A stretch of DNA of 64,000 bases, from assembly GCF_052425735.1 (NCBI RefSeq), contig NC_135761.1, positions 38,812,001 through 38,876,000 of the forward strand, given 5' to 3'. This document shows, in pieces, positions 36,021 through 47,982 of this stretch; positions within the stretch are counted from its first letter, which is position 1, and each line of letters starts with the position of its first letter. Source of the DNA: Oculina patagonica (lineage: Eukaryota). The position numbers and the translations under genes are program-made. A model generated the notes under the pieces. It was not told the origin of the DNA and did no database searches. It saw only the letters and a program-made list of their open reading frames with translations.

Positions 36021-38785
36021 TTAAAGATATTAGATGGCGTTAGTATTAAGTAAAACAATACAAAGATTGATATTGATTGCTATGGATTGTTATCGATTAT
36101 TGGTTTATCGATTGTCTATGCCTGGAAAAATATGAATAAAATTATCAATTTATTCCCAGAACGGCTGTTATCAGATTACATGTATAAATACAAAACTTTC
36201 ACAAAACATTTTCACTCACTAAAATAAGGAAAACTAAGCAAAGTTCTGAGTAAAAAATAGTATAGGTCATTGAGAAAACTATATTTCGCTAAGGCTAAGC
36301 AATGTCCCCTATTGTGTCTGACTCGAACACATTCTTACAAATTTGCAAATACACTTGTAAATTTTGATCTTGTAGTGTAACCGGAAATTTGCTGCGTGCT
36401 GTCTTCCTCCTACTTCGGTGATTCAATTACAGGATAAACAAATTTATCGCAGTAGAAGCTGTCTGCTTTGAATACAACTCGTGTTTAAGACAAAACGAAT
36501 TTCAATAAGGTTGTATGCCCTTGTTCTGACATACAGGTTACACGAACGAGTGCTATTAGATGGAAAGCTTGTTATCTAAATAACAAAAACTTTTCTAATC
36601 TGTTAAAAAAGGAACATCAATAATAAGCTTAGCTTACCTTGTTTTCGTAACGGGATTTTGTCTTTGATCGTCTTTGCTTTAAACTCAACAAGTAGCTTGG
36701 AAGATTTACGTCCATTTCGATCGCTCACAATCTGTTTTCTTTGGCTGCTATCCCGGGATAAACGAGGAATACATCCAGAAATAATTTATCGGTAATAAAC
36801 TGTCGTGTGCTTTATAATCGCGGATCCCTCTCGGTGAACTCATTCGTACGCTTGGTAAATCGGCATGTTGTGAGTTTGTTTCCTGACTTTTAACTCTGAA
36901 CCATATTCAAAATTCTGCTGTTATTAAACCTTGCCGTTTCACGAAAGTTTAGGTAGAAACCAGAATGGCCATAAGTTCAAATGATAGTTCAAATAAGCGT
37001 ATCATGAAATTTTATTTAGCCGTGCGAACAGCAACCAGCGGACCTCCCCAATTTCACTTTCCACTTCATGTAATTCCACACAGAAAAGTATTTGTGCCCG
37101 CGATTCAATGGTAAAATGTCACTTGATCAGCGATCAACTTTAAAAAAACATTCAACCTCGATGTTCTACATCTGAGCCCGCGATATGATCATGTGATACT
37201 GGTCAGCGGAAACCTTGTTTTGACAGCTGTCAATTTGACATAACAAAGACGTCCAATCATGTCTATTAGTAATGATTTTTCCCGCCAAAAGACGCGGGTT
37301 GCCACCGGAGCCTAGCTCGTTCCCAGGCCTAATCCGTGCGTACGTACTATCGTACGGACGTACGCGACAACCAAAATTTCTCGGTTCGATAGAATACCAT
37401 TTGCCTGCCTATGGGGCTACGCACAAGGCGCCTTCGGCGCCTTTTGAGCTCCGCTATTAGGTGGTGACATGTAGAATGCCAGAATTTTTCTGAAGCAATG
37501 CATCTTCTTTGTAGGCATCCTTGACTTTTAGTGATGTACATGGCCGAAAGTGAATGGACCGAGTTCAAATTGAAGTGTTTCTGAATTCTGTAATTACTCA
37601 TAAATGTAGTCCAAGGAAGTCAAAATACTTGTACTTGATGCCTTTCTTTTTCAGACCCATGTAATTCTCAGTTTTATTCCGTGAAGTTTACCATATGACT
37701 TGTCCTGCAGGCAATGTCCAAAAAGGCTTCCAAGGTGTTGCAGCTTATAAGTATCTCAGCAGGTGTCAAAGTTGTTAACATTTCTCTTTTACTTGGATAT
37801 ATGCAGTGTTCGTTTGGTTCCATACATGTTGAACAAAGAATAAACTGTTGCACCTGAAATAAGAAAAATCATGTACAGCTGTAGGTTAAAGAGGAAATAG
37901 TATAAAGGTGTATTACTATAAATGTAGTCAAAATGCTTATCAGTGTTTGTATAAAATCCCCACCCCCACCCCAGTAACACCCTAAACGTTAGCAACTTAC
38001 CTAAAGTTGGATTCCTTCATTAAGGAAGGGCATGTCAGTTGACATGCCTGATCCTCACCCTCCAAAATAATGAGGTTGATTACTTTTTCACTCCAAAAGT
38101 TTATGCTTATAAATGCAAGTTGTGGCAGTCCAAGAATTTTGCAACATGAAAATAACAAGCAAGTCAAAATATCCTTTGTTTGAAACAAAATTTCTGTTTT
38201 GTATATTAGTCGTTCAGATTGTTGTCTGATACGTATAAGAATCCATATGAATGTAGAAAATTTGGTTATTTATGGGCACAAGTGATGCTTTAAAGGCGAA
38301 TCGCTGAGTTCAGCAAGGTTTAGTACACGTCATTTGTCAGGTGACTTTTACGAGCGCTTCCGACCATACCCGAAGGAAAATCTATCAAATGTTTCGTATA
38401 CAAACAGCAAATATTTTAAAATGTTCATGCTTTGCTTACCTATGATGGTTCCCAAAGCAACAGCCATGAATAATTCCACCCTCAGTCACTCTCCACAATG
38501 ATGTGAGTCCATTCGTAACTTGTAGTGTACGTATGTTCAGTTCGAGTGAAGCAGCGAAATCGAGCTCTTCAACAAACACTACTGAGACCACTCTCGAATT
38601 GAACGTCCATGCACTTTACAGATGCTCAAATGTGAAATGCTGTCACCAAAGCAAATCACTAGGCAAGTAAACCGTAGGTTTTTGCCGGTTTCGACACAGA
38701 AACCTCGACACTTAGTTGAGCCCGCTTTTCCAGGGAATGACTCAGCGGTTCAAATCCGATTTTTCTCACATCAACTTCCGGTTGT

Positions 38786-38874
38786 GGCGTCGTGGCACAA
38801 CTGGAAGTGGCAGTGAACTGTAAACTGAAGCTCGGAATTGTTGAGTTCGAATCCTGAACTAACAGAATTTTTTT
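38786..38874 (+). pseudogene. tRNA-like (Tyr, GTA anticodon) degenerate Pol III unit
   Basis: A box TGGCACAACTGG, CTGTAAA anticodon-like loop, B box GAGTTCGAATCC and oligo-T terminator. The acceptor stem does not pair. Confidence 0.4.
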
Positions 38875-39263
38875 CTCTTTTTTTTTCTATTGGTTTTTTA
38901 ATATTTTTTAACGCGCGTATTTATATGATTTCTCTATAAGCTATCATTTATTTAATTATTGTACCAATTTACCGGAACGAAAAATCATGTCAAGTTTTAC
39001 GTGTATTCGAGAAATCGTATATTGTTCATTTCTTTTTGTATTTCTTTTTAGCGAACGAGTATTGTGTTTCCAACTAAAATCAAGTGTTGAAGCTCATACC
39101 GAAGCTAAAAGCTTATACAAAATGCATTATGATGATAGAAGAAAGGGCTAAATGCGGCTCGATTGTTACAAATTGTCGCCTTGTCAAAGAACTTGATTTC
39201 CCATCAGTTTCTGCCTCTCCTTTTCACTTTTGAGACTACAAAGACGTATTTCGATCTTGGATG

Positions 39264-39482
39264 GTACGACTTTTAGTCATCTCGGCGTTTACCATTGGAC
39301 CGCATTTTAGAATTATGTAGATTTGTTGTGATCGAGCCAATATTTGTCACCTCGAGTCTTATGCGCATGCGTGTGTACGACGTTTAGTCATCTCGGTGTT
39401 TACCATATTGGATGGCATTTTAGAAACGTAGATTTCTTGTGATCGAGCCAATATTGTCACCTCGAGTCTTATGCGCATGCGT
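39264..39482 (+). repeat. Tandem duplication of ~110 bp
   Basis: 39264-39372 matches 39376-39482; both end in CTCGAGTCTTATGCGCATGCGT. Confidence 0.9.
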
Positions 39483-40099
39483 TTAACGCAAAGTTCCCTG
39501 TGCTTGGGTTTATGGCTGGAAGAATACGTACCACAAGGAGAGCATTGGGGCTTCAGAAACAAATATATAGCCTTTGTGTGCTTCATATAAAGTAACAGAG
39601 TAAAGCTCGCGTTTTAGCCAACCCCCTACCCGCTTCACAAGATTAATTGATTAATTCAATTTGATATTAATTAATGAAATTCAATTAAAATGTTTAACAG
39701 GAATCGATGGAAGGAGTGAAATCGGCCCTCTCACCAAAACTCGGAATTTTCCAAGTTAAAAATCGTGTTGATAAGAAGTATGCAGGAACAAAGACTGGTG
39801 AGTTAAAAAACTCAGGGTTTCGCACCGTTAAAAAATGTACAATTGCGTCAAGTGGTTTTGTAATCATTACAAATAATTAGGTAATCGACTTTGACATGTG
39901 ACAAGGGAATTTCCTGGTACTTTAACACCTTCATGTAAACTCGCCTGGCATAAACAATCTATATATCTGCTATTTAGAGTTACAATCCTTTGTAAAATGC
40001 ATTTCCGCGAGCCCTGATATGACAAACCGTTCAAGGAAAACGAAAATCCTGGTTTAATGAACAATATTCTTGGCACAGGGAAAGGAATATTAACCAAAG

Positions 40100-41467
40100 C
40101 TGGATATAATAAACCATCGACAGCAAACATTTTCTGCGTCTTTTTGGACGTACTGCTGGTCATAATTAGTTGTCAGTAACGCCTTGTAGCGTAAACTAAA
40201 AAATCACTCTGAAATCCCTTACTTTACGTAAATAATATTTCGTAAGAAGTAGGTATAAATGAATGTGAATTATCATAATAAAGTTGTCTTTAATCCAGAA
40301 CAGTTGAGTACACTACTATTTTCTTGTACTTTACATCTGCAATATCGTTATGGCTGATCGACAGAGCTCACTAGTGCAAGACCTTTTAAACGTGTTACAG
40401 ACATACCAGTCTGGAAACTCACCGAGGCCGACGGCAAGTGCTTCTGCAATTGCACGTTCTCTCCAAGAGGGCAGTGCACTTGCACAAAATATTGGTCACG
40501 TTCTAGGTTCCTCATCCTTCAAGTGCTCAAGTGGCAGTCATCCACTCATGCCGTCTTTTCATCAACCTTCTTCGGCCTCTGGACGGTTTAACCCATATGG
40601 CAGGAGAAAGAAGAAGGACCAAAAAACCTATGACATGAAGCTAGTCATAGTTGATTTTATCGACGAAGTCAACGACACCGGGCAAACAAAGCGATTTAAC
40701 GGAAACACTCTGATGGATTGTCCGTTTCAAGTACAAAGCAAAGGGCCGAATTCTGCAGTTCGCGCTAGAATAGAATATCTTATAAAACCAAGATTCCCTT
40801 CTTATGACGAAAGTTATTTCTATGCTTCAAGGCAGGGAAGGACCGTTCTAAATTAGAGTCCTTACCAAACTTAAGATGGTAAGGCCGTGCACACTCTTAA
40901 GTCGAAGTCCACCAACAATGTATACGTTATGTTATCACACTAATGTGTAATCACGTCAAGCAAGCGCAATTTTTTCAGTGAAAAGTTTTTTGCGGGATCT
41001 TCATGGACTTTTTCACTCTCCACTAAAACACTCCCAGGATTGGAGGATTTCAATACAAGTATGAGTAACAAGAACTCTACGAGTGGGGTAAGTGGAAAAT
41101 TCTTGATCGTTGCTTGCTCAAACTAGAAAACTTAAGTATGCATCAAAACTTTCATGCACTTTTTTGGTTTACCAAAACGCTTGCGTAGCGCAATGGCATT
41201 CAACAAATTTTTGTTGTATCAATCTCTTTCAGAACTTTGATCACTGTTGTCACAACGTCTTCCTTTTTTTATAAGTTTCTTGCCTTTATCTTCTGAACTG
41301 GTTCAGTGATAAACAAGCATAAAGTGGCATTATTGTACTTTTGTGTGTAAGGGAATGGATTCGATCCACTGTATGTAAAAAAAACCTGGTATACCCAGTT
41401 CACCCCAATTTCTAATTCTACCAAAAACTACCTTCAAACACCCCACCCCAAACCAAACTCCACCGAT
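40100..41467 (+). repeat. Segmental duplication copy 1 (paralog 45645-48188)
   Basis: Colinear high-identity match; copy 2 carries a LINE at 46701-47889. Confidence 0.9.
40350..40930 (+). pseudogene. Uncharacterised protein N-terminus, possibly the ubiquitin-like N-domain seen ahead of G2E3-like HECT ligases; premature stops
   Basis: 168-aa ORF MADRQSSLVQDLL..RFNPYGRRKKK..KLVIVDF... The paralog (45889-46470) shows the frame continued LSPYQTLDGKAVHTIK..NNV, with different lesions in each copy. Confidence 0.45.
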
Positions 41468-41474
41468 ATAGCTC

Positions 41475-42378
41475 AGGCCAGAGGTCCTGGAGAGTTGTAA
41501 ACAAGCTCTTTTCAGAATAGAGAAGAGGAAAATCTGATGCAAGGCATTGGTAGTAGAACGCAGCGGCACCTTCCAATCCAACAGCACCAGTCACAACCAC
41601 CAGCCAGCTACCGGGGCAGCCACTGCTGCAGAGATCATGGTTGAAGTAAAGGCAGAGGCCATAAAAGACTTGTTCAAACCTGCACCAGCTATTGTTAATG
41701 AGGTAATATAAATTAAATATTTTGATAATTCTTCTTTATTTTTTGTGGCACAGCATAAGATTGTACCTCATACCTTATATGTGACTTGATTGGACCACCT
41801 TTATATGTACAGAGATAAACACCTTTCTAAAATATTTTTCTTTTTCTTCTTACTTTTGTTTTCATTAATGTTGAAAAAAAGACCATTTGCCTTTAGGGTA
41901 TTACGGTGTTCTTTGTGTTTCCCGAGAATTATCCAATTCTCAATTTGACATCCGCTTATAGAATTTTGTCCCCTCATTTTTATATAGGTCCTTCTTAAGA
42001 AACTTGATGGACCAAGCCCAAGCCTTTCAAAACCGAAGTTATTGGCGCAAGCTGCAAACCGTCTTAGACAAAACACCAGGCCCAAAGACCCAGTAGACAT
42101 GGATTTCAGTTTGGAAGAAGATCACATTCCTGATGGCTTCTTACAAGCAGATGTGACAGTTAACAGTAGACGCCATCGTGTCTTTGCCACCCAAAAACAA
42201 CTTGAGTTCCTCAGCAAAGCCAAGACCTGGTTTATGGATGGTATTTTCAAGTTGTTCCGCCACCCCTTCACTTAACTCTGGACCATCAACGCATATGTTA
42301 GATGTGAGGACAACGTGAAACAGGTACCATTGGTCTTTGTCTTGATGTCGGGCAAGAAGACAAAGGATTATCGAAAGG
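41475..42378 (+). pseudogene. FLYWCH-type MULE transposase fragment (2 exons)
   Basis: CKALVV..HNH, KDLFKPAPAIVNE, intron 41704-41988, then AANRLRQNTRPKDP.D.DF.L..HIPDGFL..FAT..QL..L..AKTWFMDGIFK..PF..QVPLVFVLMSGK..DY. Confidence 0.85.
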
Positions 42379-42394
42379 TAACTATGCAATGTCC

Positions 42395-42900
42395 GAATAT
42401 CCGAAGGCGAAACCATGCATAGCTTCAGAAGCGGTTGTTCGATTACCTACGTTGTCTATGTTAGAAGTCCCTTTGGCTGACATTGCAAGGCATGTGGGAT
42501 GGAAGTCTACTTAAATGGCCCAGTATTACTGTCAAACGGACAAGGTTTTGGGTCTAACTAAACCTGCTGATACTCTGGCAGCTGCCACAGCATCTTCAAA
42601 GTACAATTATCCTCCTGCCTTTTCTTCAGGACGCGTTTTTAGTTCCGTTAACAACCTGGACGGGTTTAAGATGGCTTTTGTGTAATCTTGTCAATAAAAT
42701 GTTTTCACTTTGCCATAGCTTGGTTTTGGATTTTCTGAGTTTTGGGAGAAAGAGATTCGTTTTCAAATAGGTTATGCCTTTTCCTTTCCTTTCTTACTTC
42801 CATTCAGGAGGAGTAAAATTTTTCCCTCCCATATCTTAACTTATTCCTGTCACGCATGGCGATTTACCGGTCCTTTTGGACCGGTAATGCGAAAATTCCA
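42395..42900 (+). mobile_element. DIRS/Ngaro-like retrotransposon 3' remnant (YR C-terminus)
   Basis: GETMHSFRSGCSIT..DIARHVGWKST*MAQYY (HxxR..H..Y), followed by AATAAA and a putative terminal-repeat region. Confidence 0.7.
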
Positions 42901-44449
42901 AAAAGGATTGCATTACATCCGGTTGATGTCATACTTTGCACAAAGTAAGTAGATAAAATTAGCCAATCACTGGCTGAGTTTCATAGCGATCGGTTAAATA
43001 AATTATGCGTACCGAATTTTTTATTTGCATAATCAATTTTGAGCGTAATGGACAACCGACCGAGAAGAAGACACAGCCTTCAACTACGATGAAGATAGCG
43101 ATCATGAAGGAATGTCAAGTGTGGAGGAAAGTGAGTTGGACCATCTTATCGCCAATGAAAGCGAAAATGAGAGGTAAGCAAGGACAAAGCGTTTACGTAC
43201 AACGCTACACAGTTCAAAAACAAAAGAACATGTAGGCAAATATGCTTTGTATGCGCTTGTTACGCTTGAATTTTTATTTATTACATACAAAGATCTTTGT
43301 AAGTTAACATTTAGGCGAAAATAGACATAATCTGAAACATACCGAAACATTCCTTTTTGTGATGGCATAATACTACATTTTCCTGACTTGCGTCTGGTGT
43401 AATATCCAGGTCGTTCACAACCATATGAAAGTCATCAGTAATTAAGTATTGCGACAGTAATTGAAGAAAGGAGATCGTGGGAATGAAAGCGATTGATAGT
43501 GGTCAACAAGCACCACCCTGGGCCTTAAAATTAAAAAATGACAAATTTTTGGCAGATTTATCATTTGACTTAGCAATCTCTTACACACAGGCTCCAAGTA
43601 GCAAAAAAAATGTGTTCTTAATTTCTTTGGCCAGCTGATAGCTTGGTTCTAGATCTGTTCCCTGCAATTTTAAGAACTATTATAATGTAATGTAATTAAT
43701 ACACAATTACATTTCATGGTATTTCTTTGGTAAAAGCATGTTTTTTTCACCTCCCAAAAAAATGAAAATATGAAAATAAATGACTTTATCCATACAAATC
43801 GACGGCAATTAAAAAACAAGTTTTTGGCCATCAATTGGTCATAGATTTCGATATCAGTTGATTAAATTGTTATCTATTGGCATGAATTGTTATCAATTAT
43901 CTATTTCATCCATTGATAACGCCAGGTATTCATGCAACCGGATCAAACTGGTCCAAAACTGTACGTTAAATAGAGCCCTCATATCTAAATAACAATATAT
44001 ATGCTATCTTTTTAACAACATACAGTGCAAAAAACGTCCTTGCACAGGCAAATAAATAACATCTGAAAGGTACTGAGCATGTACAACTTGTCATTTACCT
44101 TTGTGATAAAATGCTGGCTGTTCAGTGTAATAATTAAATCAATACCAAAAATCAAAATTGCAGTCACTGACCTTTCAAACTCTTCAATGGCAGTTGGCGA
44201 GAGAGAGAGAGAGAGCTTTTTGTCACTGATGATTGCAATGATACTGTTGTTGGATGTTTGCTCAAGCTGGAATGGGAAACCAATTTTGTTCTTTATAGCT
44301 TTAGTGTAAGATTGTTTTTTAAGCTTTGCAGTCGTCTGATTTTCTTTATAGTCAATCCTATAATAACAGACTGAACCGTATTAGACTCAATTTTCCAGGA
44401 CACTTTTTTTACAAGCACTTTCAGATATGTTTCTGTGACGTTTGATGGT

Positions 44450-45445
44450 TTACTCACATTATACTTGTTTTTCCAGTGCCGCAAGAAATATTGGGTGATA
44501 TTGCAGGCTTAAAACAAAAAATACAAATGTAAAAGAGGTTTAATAAAGGAAATAAATCTGAAAAGGAAATGTCAGGACGTGAATGAGGAAAGTAATAAAG
44601 AAAGTAGCAAGGCTTGTCAAAGAGAATACATGTATTTAAAACAGCTACTTGAATACAGGAGGAGACATTTAACAACCCTCAGAAGAAAGCAGAGGGAGGC
44701 ACCGACAAAGCCTTCTCAAAAATGTCAAGTTGGAGATGGTCCTGTGTATATCATAGTTGCATAATTCTTTAGTATGCATATCAGACGTACTGAGGGGAAA
44801 ATAAGGAAACATAGGTGAAAGTCGTTCCCTTTAAGCGCAGCACATGTGTTTAAATCTCTCAAACCAACAGCACGTCAGCTGCTTCAGTCTTGGCAACAAG
44901 TCCCTTAGCAATATTAAAATTAATGGACTTTCCGAGTTCAGAAATGATTTTAGCTAAATTATTCTTTTATATTTTATTTCAGATCGTTGGAAAGGACTTC
45001 ACTGATTTTATTTGAAAAGATATAATGACAGAGCATCGGATTAACTTCATGGAAGAAAAGACAAAGGTGCCAACCTTCAAGATCATGTGTCTTTTTTGGG
45101 ACATACAAAAAATGTGAGCGGGGTGTTGGTTTAGCAGTAGAATCTGTTTGCAAAAAGCTGTACACATTTCAAGGAAAAGAAAAGAGCACAGTGTTCTAAA
45201 GTTGACATGTTCTTACAACCTGCGTTCATCAGTGGCAGCTCTTTCCAAAAGAATTGGACCCTTTTAATCGAACCTTTAACTTCCTGCTGGACAGTATGAC
45301 ACTCTACAGATTTTTTTCTTTTGTAACGGCCACAAGAATGTTTTTACTTCAGAGAGCAAAATCCTCATTTTAATCACGTTCTATATTTATAGTTTTTATT
45401 TTATTTTTACTACTGTTCTTATTTTTAATTGTAACATTTTTAGTA
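44450..45445 (+). repeat. Paralog of the Mutator-like relic at 24880-25890
   Basis: Nucleotide similarity in two blocks with a different middle segment. Confidence 0.75.
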
Positions 45446-45510
45446 GCATATTACATTTTTAGTAGCATATTACATTTTAGTAGCATATTACAATGTTACA
45501 TTAGCATATT
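45441..45510 (+). repeat. Short tandem repeat (TAGTAGCATATTACATTTT) x3-4
   Basis: Direct reading of the sequence. Confidence 0.85.
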
Positions 45511-46700
45511 TTTTGGTCACGTTTTGTATTTTATAGTTTAGGTAGCTTCTTATAGTTTTGATTTTACAAGCGAAGAGCCACAATACATCCTTTATTATTA
45601 CTATTATTATTTAATTATTAGAAGAATTCGCCTTCAGCAGTCTTGCCGGATATAATAAATTATCGACAGCAAACATTTTCTGCGTCTTTTTGGACGTTCT
45701 GCTGGTCATAATTAGTTGTTAGTAACGCCTTGTTGCGTAAACTAAAAAATCTCTCTGAGATCCCTTACTTTACGTAAATAATATTTCGTAAGAAGTAGGT
45801 ATAAATGAATGTGAATTATCATAATAAAGTTGTCTTTAATCCAGAACAGTTGAGTACACTACTACTACTTTACATCTGCAATATCGTTATGGCTGATCGA
45901 CAGAGCTCACTAGTGCAAGACCTTTTAAACGTGTTACAGACATACCAGTCTGGAAACTGACCAAGGCGGACAGCAAGTGCTTCTGCAATTGCACGTTCTC
46001 TCCAAAAAGACAATGCACTTGCACAAAGTACTGGTCACGTTCTAGGTTCCTCTCTTCTCCTTCAAGTGCTTCAAGTGGCAGTCATCCACTCATGCCGTCT
46101 TTTCATCAACCTTCTTTGGCCTCTGGACGGTTTAACCCATATGGCAGGAGAAAGAAGAAGGACCAAAAAACCTATGACATGAAGCTAGTCATAGTTGATT
46201 TTATCGACGAAGTCAACGATACCGGGCAAACAAAGCGATTTAACGGAAACACTCTGATGGATTGTCCGTTTCGAGTACAAAGCAAAGGGCCGGATTCTCC
46301 AGTTCACGCTAGAATAGAAGATCTTATAAAACCAAGATTCCCTTCTTATGACGGAAGTTATTTCTATGCTTCGAGGCAGGGAAGGACAGTTCTAAACTTG
46401 AGTCCTTACCAAACTTTAGATGGTAAGGCCGTGCACACTATCAAGTCAAAGTCCACCAACAATGTATGTGTAATCACGTCAAGCGAGCGCAATTTTTTCA
46501 GTGAAAAGTTTTTTGCGGGATCTTCATGGACTTTTTCATTCTCCACTGAAACACTCCCAGGATTGAAGGATTTCAATACAAGTATGAGTAACAAGAACTC
46601 TACGTGTGGGGTAAGTGGAAAATTCTCAATCATTGCTTGCTCAAACTAGAAAACTAAGTATGCATCTAAAACATTACAACTTTCATGCACTATTTTGGTT

Positions 46701-47889
46701 AGATGTCTTTAGACTTGTTACACTAATAGACGCTCTACCAGTAGAATGGCGTGAATCATTAAAAACGTTTGTATATAAAGGTGATGAACCTTTTTACATG
46801 CACGATGAGATAAAAGGGATCAATTTAGGTTTCTGGGAAACTGCTCACCTACCCCTCCCCAAACCTAACATTTTGCCCAAAGCGATAAGTAAGGGTTAAT
46901 GTTAGGTTTGGGGAGGGGTAGGTGAGCAGTTTCCCAGAAACCTAAATTGATCCGATAAAAGTAATTTTAAATGGACAAAGCATTTTAATCAAAACAGTGG
47001 TTTCCAAATCTGTCTATAAGGAACTTCGGGATAGAATCATCACCCCACCAACTGCTCAACTGAATTTTAATGCGCGATTTATAAATGATGTCTTAGAATG
47101 GAAAGAAATCTACGCCTTGCCTTTTCGCGTTGCATTGGATACAAAACTGCGTGAATTTCAGTATAAATTGTTTTTTACTTAATAGGTGTCTTGTGACAAA
47201 TAACCTTCTATACAAAATTAACGTCGTACAATCTCAAGCCTGCTCCCTTTGCGGTGAAATGGACGAGTCCCTAGAGCATTTTTTTGTGTCTTGCCATTAT
47301 TCAAAGAATTTCTGGGCTGAGGTTATCAAATGGCTTGAAAATCTTGACGTAAAGATTAAACAGCTCTCTGACAAAGATATAATGTTAGGCATTCTAAAGT
47401 GCGAGGATGAGTTATTTGTTAACCACATTTTATTAGTCGCCAAACAATATCTGTATTCTTGTAGACAAAGTAAATCTCTACCTTCAATAAGGGTATTAAA
47501 CTCAAAGATTACATTGATTTACCAAATAGAGGCAATGATATCAAAATCAAACAATAAGTTGTCAGCTCACAATAAGAAATGGAGCAAATATAAAAATAAA
47601 TTAGTATGCAATCCTGCACTGTTAGCCGCAAATTAATAATAGCATTGTAGAATAACATTTAAAACTGATAAATGAACTGAGGACTCTGTGTCAACTCCGA
47701 TTAATTTTGTAATATTTGTAGTGTCTGTTATAATTTAGTAATTTAAAGAAGTTTATAGTGTGGTAATTAAAATATTGTATTTTATTTTATTATATTTTTT
47801 GTAGTGTTTGTAATAGTGTTGTAACTTAAACATTGTATGTAGTTTTTGGAAACTAATAAAAATAATTAAAATACAAAAAAAAAAAAAAA
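46701..47889 (+). mobile_element. 5'-truncated Tx1/L1-clade LINE with poly(A) tail
   Basis: LIDALPVEWR..DTKLREFQYK..TNNLLYKI..CSLCGEMDESLEHFFVSC..FW..AKQYLY, then AATAAA and A-run 47875-47889. Absent from copy 1. Confidence 0.9.
46817..46953. mobile_element. Palindromic MITE with 8-bp TSD (GATAAAAG), Merlin- or hAT-like
   Basis: Near-perfect TIRs GGATCAATTTAGGTTTCTGGGAAACTGCTCACC. TSD at 46809-46816 and 46954-46961. Excising it restores the LINE frame (HDEIKVILNGQS). Confidence 0.92.
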
Positions 47890-47982
47890 GGCTTGCGTGG
47901 CGCAATGGCATTCAACAAATTTTTGTTGTATCAATCTCTTTCAGAACTTTGATCACTGTTGTCACAACGTCTTCCTTCTTTT

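Larger units (their letters stand above)
34674..36124. mobile_element. ATCGAT-rich TIR element (CAGG termini) containing nested insertions
   Basis: CAGGCGTAGTCAATCGATA ... TATCGATTGTCTATGCCTG with many ATCGAT subterminal motifs. No TSD found. Confidence 0.65.
29082..37459 (+). mobile_element. Possible large non-autonomous Helentron/Helitron2-like element hosting nested insertions
   Basis: Left AGCGGAGCTC (29105-29114) is inverted relative to GAGCTCCGCT (37446-37455) and GGGGCTACGC (37413-37422). 3' hairpin AAGGCGCC-TTC-GGCGCCTT (37425-37443) and CGTA microsatellite remnants at 37339-37363. The 3' end is well supported; the left-end pairing rests on only 10 bp. Confidence 0.4.

Noticed and set aside
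43029-43235. piggyBac-like acidic N-terminus
   Set aside because: Only a short acidic stretch; no TTAA/CCC termini or catalytic motifs were found.
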